Assembly: GCF_030144855.1 (NCBI RefSeq)
Contig: NC_082733.1
Location: 30,194,001 to 30,258,000 of the forward strand
Source of the DNA: Hypanus sabinus
Taxonomy: Eukaryota
Reading direction: 5' to 3'
Length of the DNA stretch: 64,000 nucleotides
Part shown: in pieces, positions 1 to 12,290 of the stretch
Layout of the letters: every line of letters begins with the position of its first letter
How positions within the stretch are numbered: position 1 is the stretch's first letter
Program-made: the position numbers and the translations under genes
The notes under the pieces: model-generated
Databases searched by the model: none
Seen by the model: only the letters and a program-made list of their open reading frames with translations
What the model was told of the DNA's origin: nothing

Positions 1-79
1 CTGCCCACTCACCCAGCCTATCCAAGTCACCCTGAATTCTTCTAACATCCTCATCACATGTCACACTGCCACCCAGCTT

Positions 80-2401
80 AGTATCATCAGCAAACTTGCT
101 GTTGTTATTTTCAATGCCTTCATCTGAATCGTTGATGCCTTACGTTGATGTAAATTGTAAACAGCTGTGGTCCCAATACCGAGCCCTGTGGCACCCCACT
201 AGTCACCACCTGCCATTCCGAGAAACACCCATTCACCGCTACCCTTTGCTTTCTATCTGCCAACCAGTTTTCTATCCATGTCAATGTCTTCCCCCCGATG
301 CCCTGAGCTTTGATTTTACCCACCAATCTCCTATGTGGGACCTTATCAAATGCCTTCTGAAAATCGAGGTACACTACATCCACTGGATCTCCCCCGTCTA
401 ACTTCCTGGTTACATCCTCGAAAAACTCCAACAGATTAGTCAAGCATGATTTACCCTTGGTAAATCCATGTTGGCTCGGCCCAATCCTATTACTGCTATC
501 TAGATATGCCACTATTTCATCCTTAATAATGGACTCTAGCATCTTCCCCACCACCGATGTCAGGCTGACAGGTCGATAGTTCTCTGTTTTCTCCCTTCCT
601 CCTTTCTTAAAAAGTGGGATAACATTAGCCATTCTCCAATCCTCAGGAACTGATCCTGAATCTAAGGAACATTGGAAAATGATTACCAATGCATCCGCAA
701 TTTCCAGGGCCACCTCCTTTAGTACCCTAGGATGCAGACCATCTGGACCTGGGGACTTGTCAGCCTTCAGTCCCATCAGTCTTCTCATCACCATTTCCTT
801 CCTAATGTCAATCTGTTTCATTTCCTCTGTTACCCTATGTCCTTGGCCCATCCATACATCTGGGAGATTGCTTGTGTCTTCCTTAGTGAAAACAGATCTA
901 AAGTACTCATTAAATTCTTCTGCCATTTCTCTGTTTCCCATAACAATTTCACCCAATTCATTCTTCAAAGGCCCAATGTTGTTCTTAACTATCTTCTTTC
1001 TCTTCATATACCTAAAAAAGCTTTTGCTATCTTCCTTTATATTCCTGGTTAGCTTGCGTTCATACCTCATTTTTTCTCCCCGTATTGTCTTTTTAGTTAA
1101 GTTCTGTTGTTCCTTAAAAACTTCCCAATCATCTGTCCTCCCACTCACCTTAGGTCTGTCATACTTCCTTTTTTTTAATGCTATGCAATCTCTGACTTCC
1201 TTTGCCAAACACTGTGGCCTCTTTTCCCCCCTTTGAATCCTTCCTTCTTTGGGGGATGAACTGATTTTGCACCTTGTGCATTATTCCCAAGAATACCTGC
1301 CATTGCTGTTCCACTGTCTTTTCTGCTAGGCTATCCGTCCAGTCAACCTTGGCCAGCTCCTGCCTCGTGGCTCCATAGTTTCCCCTGTTCAACTGCAACA
1401 CTGACACCTCTGAGCTGCCCTTATCCTTCTCAAATTGCAGATAAAAACTTATCATATTATGATCACTACCTCCTAATGGCTCCCTTACTGCAAGATCGCT
1501 TATCAAATCCTGTTCATTACATAACACTAAATCCAGAATAGTCTTGTCCCTGGTCGGCTCTTGTTCAAGCTGTTCCAAGAATGCATCCTGTAGGCACTCT
1601 ACAAACTCCCTATCGTGTGGTCCAGCACCAACCTGATTCTCCCAGTTCACCTGCATGTTGAAATCCCCCATAACTACTGTGACATTACCTTTGCCACATG
1701 CCAATGTTAACTCCCTATTCAATTTGCACCCAAATTCCATGCTATTGTTTGGTGGCCTGTAGACAACACCCGTTAGGGTCCTTTTGCCCTTACTGTTCCT
1801 CAATTCTATCCGCACAGACTCTACTTCTCCTGACCCTATGTCCCCCCTTGCAAAGGACTGAATCTCATTCCTCACCAACAGGGCCACTCCACCTCCTCTG
1901 CCCACATTTCTGTCCCTACGAAAGCATGTATACCCTTGAACGTTCATTTCCCAGGTCTGATCTCTCTGCAGCCATGTCTCCGTATATCCCAACAACATCA
2001 TAGTTACCCATTCGCACCTGGGCTTCAAGCTCATCCGCCTTATTTCTGACACTTCGTGCATTCAGATATAGAATTTTTAGCCCATTTCTCCTCTTCCTGT
2101 TTGAATCGCTGCCTATTGTGCTTAACCCAGCTCCCCGAACTCCCATTGAGCTATACGCCCCTAGAATTTTGTTGTCCTTCCTAAATTTACTTATTCTTTC
2201 AACACATTTAACTCCATGTTCCGTCAGACCATCTCTCTGTATATGTGTCCTCCTTATCACTTGTTCAGCCTCACCTTTCTCTTCTACACACTTAATATTC
2301 CGGAACCGTGTAGTCCCCACCTGTCCTTTATTCTTCCTCTCGCTATCCTCTCTCACATTCTGGATCCCCGGCCCCTGCAAATTTAGTTTAAGCCCCCCCA
2401 A
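80..2401 (-). pseudogene. CR1 ORF2 (APE endonuclease + reverse transcriptase), frameshifted
   Basis: Stitched from ORF-track pieces 1916-2401, 1159-2061 and 120-1208, plus KFADD beyond the 13-bp insertion. Confidence 0.9.
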
Positions 2402-2890
2402 GAAGCACTAGCAAACTTCCCTGCAACAATGTTAGTACCGCTCCAGTTCAGGTGTAAACCGTCCCGTCGGAACAGATCCCACCTTCCTTGGAACAAAGCC
2501 CAATTATCTACAAACCTGAAGCCCTCCCTCCTGCACCATCCTCTCAGCCACGTATTAATCTTTATAATCCTTCTGTTCCTTGCCTCACTCGCACGTGGCA
2601 CAGGTAGCAATCCAGAGGTTGTTACCCTGGGGGTCCTGCTCTTCAGCTTCACACCTAACTCCCTGAACTCCCTATGCCGGGCCCCCTCACTCATCCTACC
2701 CACGTCATTGGTACCTACATGGACCACAACATCTGGATTCTTGCCCTCCCTCTCGAGAATAACCTGCACCCGATCTGAGATGTCTCAGACCCTGGCACCA
2801 GGGAAGCAACATACCATCCAAGACTCCCAATCTTTTCCCTCAAAATCTCCTATCCGCACCTCTGACTATAGAATCCCCTATCAATACCGC
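2383..2890 (-). pseudogene. CR1 ORF1 SGNH/GDSL esterase domain (disrupted)
   Basis: VLIGDSIVRG (~2855-2890), CCFPGARV, VVVHVGTND, DGLHLN; ends GGLN-stop at 2383. Confidence 0.85.
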
Positions 2891-3249
2891 TCTCTTCTCT
2901 TCCCTCCTCCCCTTCATAGTCAAGGGTCCAGCCTTTTTAGTTTTCTAGTTATCTGGTAACCGAACCAAGTGAATCCTGGGAATATACATTTGTAGGTTCT
3001 GCTAAGATTTTCATTGATTCTGTTGTTTTACTGTGAATTCCTGCAAGAAAATTAATCTCAAGGTAGTATACGGTGACATATACGTATTGGATAATAATTT
3101 TACCTTGAGAATTGAACTTTGTTTTGGTACAATGTTTTTCAGTGGTGACAGAATAGTTTGAAGAAGAGACTAGGGCTAAAGAGAGATTGCTTGTTCACGA
3201 AATGTTGCTCTTGGTATGGGTCAATTTGCTATATTTGAAAATTACAGAT

Positions 3250-3560
3250 CAAATTAAAGATTATCTTTATGTAATCACACGCACATCAAAGTGTTGAAGA
3301 GTGCAGCGAAATTCATCAGTTGTGTCAAATCAAATCAGTGAGGATTGTGCTGGCTAGCCCACAAATGTCACGATGCTTCAGGCGGCAACATAATGTGCCG
3401 ACAATTCACTAACCCAAAATGTACATCTTTGGAATATGGGAGGAAACCCACACGGTCACAGGAAGAAAGCGCAAATTCCTTTCAGGCAGTGGTGGAAATT
3501 GAACCCTGGTAGTTGCTCGCTGGTGTTGTGCTAGTTTTACACCAACAACTACACTACTCT
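3250..3560 (-). mobile_element. tRNA-derived V-SINE (HE1-like)
   Basis: Reverse-complement V domain (tgggaggaaacccacacggtcacagg) and B box (aattgaaccc). Confidence 0.7.
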
Positions 3561-3781
3561 GCCGCAAATTTTAACTCTCTAACCAACATATGAGGAGATT
3601 AAATTATCAACACACAGCAAAAGCTGATTACCGCTTAATTAAAACTTCAGTCTGTTTGGCAGTAGGAGCCATATTGTGCTGTTAAAACTTTTCAAAGGGT
3701 CATCTTTTCCCTGGGGTTTTGTGCTTCAGTCCAGTGATTTGTGACAATGTGTGGTATTCTGCTGATATGAGAACACACGCA

Positions 3782-3784
<3 letters not shown>

Positions 3785-3841
<57 letters not shown>
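3785..3841. repeat. (CA)n microsatellite
   Basis: About 28 perfect CA units. Confidence 0.99.
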
Positions 3842-3842
<1 letters not shown>

Positions 3843-4084
3843 GGTAGCTGGCATGAAAATTCTGCTCAGCTAAAAGCAGCCTTTTCAACTATGGACAGCT
3901 CTGGTATAATGCGTATTTCCATTATGCAAATTGGTTATAATGGGATTGATGGACTAGCGACCACTATTTGCATTACTCAGGCCACTTCGGTTAAAATGCA
4001 ACAAGGAACTGGAAAACCAGTTTAGATCTGCTGTGAAGGGAAACTACAGCTTGTTGTGCTGCAGTGTGAATTTTGTAGGCCAGC

Positions 4085-4745
4085 GAAGGCGAGGCTGAGT
4101 TGAGGGATGAAGCTTGAGGGAGTGAGATGGAGTCAGAGCGAGGTAGGGGCATGCCCAGGGAAGCGCCAGAACAGGGTAAAGGTGTATTCAAGACAAAAGC
4201 GGCGCGAGATCGAGGCACATTTGAGATGGAGTCGGGGCACGCGGAGCGGAGGAGAGTTAGATTCGAAACTCGTCCACCTAAACCGAGATCAAGTTGTGAA
4301 GATGAAAGTCTACTGGATACGAGGCAAAGCGTGGCGGCAGGGCCCAGGCCTAGAGCACATCGATGCATCAAGGCCTGGTTCTTAGGGGGAGGAATGACCT
4401 GACGTTTAGACTTTTTAAATGCCGGGCCAGGTGGATCAAAAAGACAGGGTGTGGGACCATAGACAAAGTTTGGGCAGCTCTGCTTGCTGTTGCACAATGT
4501 TTACTCCTCTCTTTACCAGACTAAGGCAGAGGCTGTGGCTTGCTCCAGCCCCTCCAGGCTTTGTGTCTGAGGACTCACTCTTGTTCTCAATGCTTGCACT
4601 ATTCTTTCCTCTCCCAAATACGTTGGGTGTTTAATATTATTTTATGGATTCTTTGTTTTGTGACTGGCTGTAAGGAAATGAAGAAAATGAATCTCAAGGT
4701 TATATATATACTTTGATAATCAATGTACTTTTTGAACTTTGAGCA
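4085..4745 (+). mobile_element. CpG-rich non-autonomous retroposon with Rex-type 3' tail
   Basis: Tail gaatctcaaggtt...actttgataat...tgaactttga is shared with copies at ~3020-3122, ~31345-31580(-), ~55140-55195 and ~60475-60810(-). Confidence 0.55.
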
Positions 4746-5644
4746 TTATGGCAGAAATATTTGTAAAAAGCAAATATCTAGAAGAATCAGAACATCAGAA
4801 CTAGCTCTTATTCGCCTTTGATAATATTGCCTTCTTTACTTTTAACTGACTTAAAATGTACTTTGAATTTGAACTTTAAACTCCCCGATGTTGTAGACGC
4901 AGTGAGGTATGGTTCCGTCAGCATTACTACTCGCATGATAACCAATATTTCAATATCATTAGATGATGTGCCCAGCACACATTTCCCTTCTTTCACACTT
5001 CAGCTGAAATACTCACCTTCTGTGTCACACTTAACACAAACAAAGGAGTCTACCAGACTCACTATACACCTGGGAGAATATTTTGGCAGCCATTAAACTT
5101 ACATTCAGATCAGCTCACTTAGCATTTACAGCAGGGACTTCTTAACTGAGCCATGTTTGAGTTCCATGTTTACGGATCAGAAGTAAACATGGGGGCAAAA
5201 TGCAACTGTGGGCAGAGGGCAAACACCTTTGCCCTGATAGTTTTTAAAGCACCAAACAATTCTATAAAACTATGCAATTAAGAATAAAGAAAAGTCTTAT
5301 AATTGGGCCTGTCCCTAATTAACCTCCATCATGGTGACCTTTATTTGGAGACCACTACTAAAGATAAAAAAAAAACAGTTAAGAAATCTCATGCTAAGAT
5401 AAATGATAAATGCTGAGTTTCTCCTATTCCTAACCGAGCCATTGATTCAATGAAGAATTACACAGAGCCTAATCTGTTTGCTCATCTTTCTTTGACTCCA
5501 CTTCATGTATCCCCCATCAACCTCATCTTCCATTTTGTAGGGACTTAGCTCCTTATGAGACATTAAGCCAAGGTTTCCAAGGTCCCCAAGATTGACACAG
5601 AAGTGAGTGAGGGAGTTCTGTCTGGTACCTTTGTCAATATATCT

Positions 5645-7610
5645 TAAACACAAGAATTCTGCAGATGCTGGAAATCCAAAGCAACACGCACAAAATGCTG
5701 GAAAAATTCAGCAGGTCAGGCAGGGTCCATGGAAATGAACAAACAGGCGACGTTTCTAGCCGAAACCTTTCTTCAGAACTAGAAAGGAAGGGGGGAAGAT
5801 GCCAGAATAAAAAGGTGAGGGGAGGGTAAGAAGGATAGCTAGAAGGTGATAGGTGAAACCAGGTGGTTGGGAAAGGTAAAGGCCTGGAGATGAAGGAACC
5901 TGATAGGAGAGAGGAATGGATCATTGGGGAAAGGAAAGGAGAAGCTGCACCAGGGAAAAGTGAGAAGAAGCTGGAGTGAAGAAGAGGGGAGGGATTGGGG
6001 GATTTTTTTTTAATGGAAGGAGAAATCAATATTCATGCCATCAAGTTGGAGGCTTCCTACATAGAATATAAGGTGTTGATACTCTAACCTTTGGGTGGCC
6101 TCATCGTGGCACGTGGATTGATATGTCAGAACGTGAATGTGAATTGGAATTAAAATGTTTGGTCACTGGGAAGTTCTGCTTTTGGAAGATGGAGCAGAGG
6201 TGATCAGTGAAGCATTCTCCCAATTTATGACGGGTCTCACCAATGTAGGGGAAGCTGCACAGGGAGCACCGGGTACAACGGATGACCTGAGTGGATTTGC
6301 AGGTGAAGTGTTGCCTCACCTGTTTAGGACCCTGAATGAAGGTGAGGGCGGAGGTGAATGGGCGGGTGTGGCACGTTGGGTGCTTGCAGGGATAAGTGCC
6401 GGGAAGGAGATTAGTGGGGAGGGATGAATGGACAAGGGAATCACTGTGGAAGGCAGAGAGTGGGGTGGAGGTAAAGATGTATTTGAGATGGTGGAAGTTG
6501 TGGAGAATGATGTGTTGGATGTGAAGGCTCATGGGGTGGTAGGTAAGGGCATGAGGAACTCTTTGTTAAGGTGGCAGGAAGATGGGGTGGGCATGGAGGT
6601 CCAGGAAATAGGAGAGATGGTGCAGAAAGGGAAACCTCGATCTTTGAAGAAGGAGGACATCTCCTTCGCCAGGAGAGAGGTGTCGGAGCTGGTATGCTCA
6701 ACTGGGAGTGGTATGGCGCAGTATCCAGGCTGGAGTTGGTGATGCCCCATTCCCACCTCAGTGTTCGCTCAGCAGAAGACAAGCTCTATTGTGGTCGACT
6801 GAAGATTTCAATGGAGTCAGGGTCTAGACTATATACGTATATATATTTATCATGGTCATATTTTATGATATTCTGTATGTGCGAAGACTAGGCCTCGAGC
6901 TGTGGTGTCACCTGATTACAGCCACCAGGAGGGACGCGTCAGAACTGATACATTCCCCTGGGGACAATGTGGCGTGCTGTCCCAGTAGGAGTTGGTGCTC
7001 CCCTCCCCCCACCCCCAGTGTTAGCTCGGTAAAAGACAAGCTCTATTATGGTTGTCTGCAGATTTCTGAGGTGTTGGATGGCTCGAGTTTACACTTCCTT
7101 ATTGCGATCTTCTATCTTTCTATCTTATATGTGCTATATGTGCTTTGTGCCCTGCGTGACTGTTGGTACTGTGTTTTGCACCTTGACCCTGGAGTAATGC
7201 TGTTTCATCTGGATGTATTCATGAGTATTTGTGTATGGTTGAATGACAATTAAATTTGAATTGAATTGAATTCCTGGAAAGGAAAGCATCATCCTGGATC
7301 GGATGCGACCGAGACAACAGAACTGAGAAAATGGAATAACGTTTTTACTGGAGACAGGGTGGGAAAAGGTATAATCAAGGTAGCCACGAGTCCTGATGAA
7401 GGGTCTCGGCCGGAAACGGCAACTGTTTATTCCCTTCTACAGATGTTGGCTGAGCTGCTGAGTTCCTGCAGCATTTTTGTGTGTGTAGCTGTGGGAATCG
7501 ATAGGGTTATTTATAAAAGATGCCGGTTGACAGTTGTTTCCAGAGATGGAGACAGAGAGATTGTGAAAAGGAGGGAATAGGTGTCAGAAATGGAACAAGT
7601 GAATTAAGGG
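5645..7610 (-). mobile_element. Penelope-like element remnant (GIY-YIG endonuclease + pseudo-LTR), interrupted by insertions
   Basis: ORF 6101-6532 has PGTYPC..C, QHFTC.S..VI.C..C...YIGET..L..F.DH and V..HFN, i.e. a PLE GIY-YIG domain. pLTR at 5645-6010; homology resumes at ~7272 after an insertion. Confidence 0.85.
6670..7271 (+). mobile_element. Non-autonomous retroposon with internal ~257-bp duplication and (TTGAA)n tail, inserted in the PLE
   Basis: agacaagctctatt at 6777 and 7034; tail ...aatgacaattaaatttgaattgaattgaatt. Confidence 0.6.
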
Positions 7611-9054
7611 CAAGGGCAATGCCTATCTCACTTTTTTATATTTCTTATTGTAACTTCTAGTAATTTTATATGTATTGTACTGTTTGCTGCAACAAAACCA
7701 CAAATTTCATGTCCTGTATCAATGCTACCTGATTCTGAAGAATGGAGGAGTTGGTGTAAGGCTGATACCTTCAGATTTTTGGAACGCTGAGCTCTCTTCC
7801 TGTACAGAAGAAAGGGTTTTCACTTAAACTGGAGGGGGACTGATAACCCAGCGGGAGGGTTTGCTAGCACTGCATGGGGCGGGGGGGGGGGGGGAGGTGT
7901 TGGTGAGGAGGGTACTAAACTAGAGTTATAGGGAGATGCTAACCAATGTGCCAGAACAGGTAGTAAAGTGGTTGTGGAGACATGTTGTTTAGACTGTAGA
8001 TAAAGTCAGGAAGCAGAAGGTTGAGCACGGTGAGTTCTGAGTTGTCTATATTTCAATGAAAGAAGTATTGTAGGAAAGGCAGGTGAGCTCAGGGAATGCA
8101 TCAACACATAGAATTATGATATTGTAGCCATTAGTGAGACTTGTTTTCAGGAGGGGCAGGCTGGCAGCTCAATATTCCAGAGTTCCATTATTTTTTGATG
8201 TGATAGAGCGGGAGGTGTGGTGTTACTAGTTAGGAAAAATGTTATGGCAGTGCTCAGTCAGGACATACAGGAGAGCTTGTCTGGTTCAGGAACTGAGGAA
8301 AAGAGAGGTGTGACCACACTAATGGGGCTATATAATAGGCCACCCAACAGTCTGGGGGATTTAGAGGAACAAATGTGAAGAGATTACAGACTGTTGCAAG
8401 GAACATAACGTTGTGAAAGTGGGTGATTTTAACTTTCCACATATTGACTGCGACTCCTATAATGGAAAAGGACTGGATGAGGTAGAGTTTGACAAGAGTG
8501 TTCAGGAAAGTTTCCTCAATCAGTACATAGAGTTCCAACAAGAGAGTGGATGAAATTGATCTATTAGAGAATGAGACAGGGGAGGTGACAAAAGTTTGTG
8601 TAGGGGAGCACTTTGCATCTTGTGATCGTAATGCCATTAGTTTCAAAGTAAATATGGGAAAGGATAAGTCTGGTCTGTGGTTGAGATTCTAATTTGGAGG
8701 AAGGCCAATTTCGATGGTATTGGAAAGGATCCGGCAAGTGTGAATTGGGAAAGGCTGATTCTGGCATTGGTGCACTTGTTAAGTGGGAGACCTTCAAAAG
8801 TGAAATTTTGAGAGCACGAAGCTTAGAATAAAAGGCAAGGATAACAGATTTAGGGAAACTTGGTTTTTGAGAGATATTAAAGCCCTGCTTAAGGGGAAAA
8901 CAGGAGGTGCATAGCAGGTATAGGCAGATAGGAACAACTGAGGTTATTGAGGAGTATAAGAAATGCAAGAGAACACTTAAGAAATCAGAAAAGCTAAAAG
9001 TGGGCATGAAATTGTTCTAGCAGACAAAGTGAAGGAGAATCCTAAGGGCTTCTT

Positions 9055-9665
9055 AGGGTAGCACGGTAGTGTAGTGTTTAGCATACCGCTTTACAGTACA
9101 GACAATGTGAGTTCAATTCCCACAGCTGCCTGTAAGGAGTTTGTATGTTCTCCTTGTGATCGCGTGGGTTTCTTCTAGGAGCTCCGGTCTCCTCCCACAG
9201 CCACTGTGGTCGGCAGGGTAATTGGTCATTGCAAATTGTCCCATGATTAGGTTAGGGTTGTGGTGGCACGTGGCCTAGTGGATAAGGCATTGGACTAGTA
9301 ATCTGAAGGTCACTGGTTTGAGCCTCAGCTGAGGCAACGTGTTTGTGTCCTTGAGCAAGGCACTTAACAACACATTGCTCTGTGATGACACCGGTGCAAA
9401 GCTGCTTGGGTCCTAGTGCCCTTCCCTTGGACAACATCAGTGGCGTGGAGAGGGGAAGGCCTGCAGCTTGGGCAACTGCTGGTCTCCCATACAACCCTGC
9501 CCAGGCCTGCGCCCTGGAAACTCCAGGCACAGATCCATGGTCTCACGAGACCGACAGATGCCAGCACAGGTTAGGGTTAGATCAGGAGATTGTTGGGCGA
9601 CTTGGCTCAAAGGGCTGGAAGGGCCTATTTAGCACTGTATCTCAATAAAGTAAAATAATAAAAAA
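9055..9665 (+). mobile_element. V-SINE with CR1-type tail, inserted in CR1
   Basis: tRNA head (B box agttcaattcc), V domain cgcgtgggtttc...ctccggtctcctcccacag, tail gggctggaagggcctatt...tgtatctcaataaa. Confidence 0.8.
9260..9567 (+). mobile_element. tRNA-derived SINE with CORE-like segment, copy 1
   Basis: A box tggcctagtgg, B box ggtttgagcc, tgtgtccttgagcaaggcacttaac; 11-bp TSD aggttagggtt at 9249-9259 and 9568-9578. Confidence 0.85.
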
Positions 9666-11487
9666 TTATGTTAAGAGCAGAAGGACTACAAGGGACAAAA
9701 CTGGCCCTCTGGAATATCAGAATGGTAAGCTATGCATTGAGCCAAAAGAGATGGGGGAGATCTTACATGGATATTTTGCATCTGTATTTACATGGGAGAT
9801 GGGCACAGAGTCTATAGAAGTGAGGCAAAGCAGCAGCGAGGCCATGGACCTGATACAGATTACAGAGGAGGAGGTGTTCGCTGTCTTGAGGCAAGTCAGG
9901 GTGGACAAATCACCAGGACATGACCAGGTGTTCCCTCAGACTCTGTGTGAGGCAGGGGCCCTAGCAGAGGTATTTAAATCATCCTTGGCGTTAGGTGAGG
10001 TACCAAAGTGTTGGTGGATAGTTATTGTTTTTCCACTATTCAAAAGGGCTCTAAGAATAAACTAGGAAATTATAAGCCGGTGAGCCTGAAGTCAGTAGTG
10101 GGAAAGTTTTTGGAGGGTATTCTAAGAGACTAGATCTATGAGAATTTGGATAGACAGGGATTGATTAAGGATAGTCAGCATGGTTTTTTGTGTCCTAGGT
10201 CATGTCTAACCAATCTTATAGTTTTTCAGGATGTTACCAGGAAATTGGAGAAGGCAAGGCAGTGGACGTTGTCCACATAGATTTCAGCAAGGCCTTTGAC
10301 AAGGTCTCACAGGGGAGGTTGGCCAAGAAAGTTCAGTTGCTTGGCTTTCAAGATGATGTAGTAAATTGGATGAGACATTGGCTTTGCAGAAGAAGTCAGA
10401 GAGCAGTCGTAAATGATTGCCTCTCTGATTGGAGGCTTGTGACTAGTGGAGGGCTACAGGGATCGGCACGGGGTTTATTCCTGTTTGCCATTTATATTAA
10501 CAATCTGGATGATGATGTGCTTAACTGGATCAGCAAATTTCTGGATGACACCATCACTGGGGTTGGAGTAGACAGCGAGGAAGACTGTCCAAGTTAGCGG
10601 TGGGATCTGAGCCAACCAGAAAAATAAACTGAAAATGGCTGATGGAATTTAATACAGACAAGAGTGATGTTTTGTACTTTGGGGGGACCAGCCAGTTTAG
10701 GTCTTACACAATAAGTGGTCGAGCACTAAGGACTGTGGTATAACAAAGGGATCTGGGAATACAGATCCATAAGTCATAGATCAAAATATTGAGTACAGGG
10801 GTTGGGAGAATGTTACGTTGAAGTTGTATAAGACATTGGTGAGGCAGTATTTTGAGTATTGTGTGCAGATTTGGTCAGCTACCTACAGGAAAGATGTAAA
10901 TTAGATTGAATGAGTACAGAGAAAATCTACAAGGATATTGCTGGGACTGGAGGACCTAAATTGTAAGGAAGATTGAATAGGTTAGAACTTTCGGGTGTAG
11001 AAGATTGTGGAGAAATTTGATAGAGGTATACAAAATTATGAGGAGTATAGAAAAGACAAATGCAAGAAGGATTTTTCCACTGAGGTTGGGTGAGACTATA
11101 ACTAGAGGCTATGGGTAAAGGGTGAAAGGTGGAATGTTTAAGGGGAACATGAGGGAAAACTTTAATCTGAGGTTGGTGGAACGAGCTGCCAGTGCAAGTG
11201 GTGGATGCAATTTTGATTTAAGCGAAGTTTGGTTAGGTACATGAATGGGAGAGGTATGGAAAGCTATGATCCAGGTGTAGGTCGATGGGACTAGGCAGAT
11301 TAGAAGGTTTAGAATGGAGTACATGGGCTGAAGAGCCTGTTTCTATGCTGAACTATTCTATGAGTCCCCTATAACTTTATGATTGTGTGGCTGAGCTTGC
11401 TAGTCCTGATCCTAATTCCTATGTTTATATGTAAAGTAGATTATTGCAATGACAGAAGATAACTTGGACACGTCTCATGTCCAAATT

Positions 11488-12290
11488 ATCAGAATCAGAA
11501 TTAGGTTTAATATTGCTGCATATGTGTGACACTTAGCAGCAGCAGTGTAATGCAATATGCAATATAAAAAATAAGCAAATCAATTACAGTAAGTATATAT
11601 ATGTATATTGAACAGCTAAATTTGAAAAAAGACAGAAATAGTAAAAATAAGAGAGGTAGTTTTCATGGGTTCAATGTCCATTTAGAAATCAGATGACAGA
11701 GGGACAGAAGCTATTCCTGAATTGCTGAGTGTGTGCCTTCAGGTTTCTGTACCTCCTTCCTGATGGTAACAAAGAGAACAGGGCATGACCTGGGTGATGG
11801 GGGTCCTTAATAATGTGTGCTACCTTTCAAGGCATCGCTCCTTGAAGTTGTCTTGGATACTATGGAGGCTAGTACCCAGGATGGGCTGACTAATTTTACA
11901 AGTTCCTGCAACTTACTTCGATCTTGTGCAGTAGTTCGCCCCCCCCCCCCCCCATACCAGACAGTGATTCAGCCTGTCAGAATGCTCACCATGGTACATT
12001 GGTTTTTGAGTGTTTTAGGTGACAAATCAAAGCTCCTCAAACTCCTAATGAAATATAGCCACCGTCTTGCCTTCTTTATGGTTACATCAATATGTTGGGA
12101 CCAGGTTAGATCCTCTTGACTCCTAGGGACTTAAAATTGCTCACTCTCTCCACTTCTCATCCCTCTTTGAGGATTGTTTTGTGTTCCCTGGTCCTCCCCT
12201 TCCTGAAGTCCACAATCAGCTCTTTGGTCTTACTGACGTTCAGTGCAAGGTTGTTGCTGCGTCACCACTCAACTAACTGGAATATCTTGC
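11488..12290 (-). mobile_element. Rex1/Babar LINE 3' fragment
   Basis: atcagaatcagaat tail; reverse-strand similarity to the Rex-type RT C-terminus seen at 60960-62470. Confidence 0.75.

Larger units (their letters stand above)
1..2935 (-). mobile_element. Young CR1-clade LINE, 5'-truncated, runs off the left edge
   Basis: ORF1 esterase followed by ORF2 APE endonuclease (LYLNARS, TETW, VVYRPP, MGDFN, SDH) and RT (KSPGPDG, NYRPVSL, YLDFQKAFDKVPH, GVPQGSVLGP, KFADD near 80-100). A few frameshifts, including a 13-bp insertion near 130-150. Confidence 0.95.
7740..11365 (+). mobile_element. Older, degenerate CR1 LINE (end of ORF1 through 3' UTR)
   Basis: Fragments DKSPGHD, HIDFSKAFDKV, VTSG.LQGS and ISKFLDD; 3' tail gggctgaagagcctgtttctatgctg. 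Interrupted by nested SINEs at 9055-9665. Confidence 0.9.

Noticed and set aside
679-1236. 185-aa plus-strand ORF, and also 2429-2959
   Set aside because: Antisense shadows of the CR1 coding frames with no independent motif.
9260-9340. tRNA-like A/B boxes here and at 13430, 16150-16225 and 33490
   Set aside because: They are SINE heads continuous with SINE bodies, not free tRNA genes.
9245-9580. TTAGGG-like motifs as an interstitial telomere
   Set aside because: Only one or two units, duplicated as a TSD.
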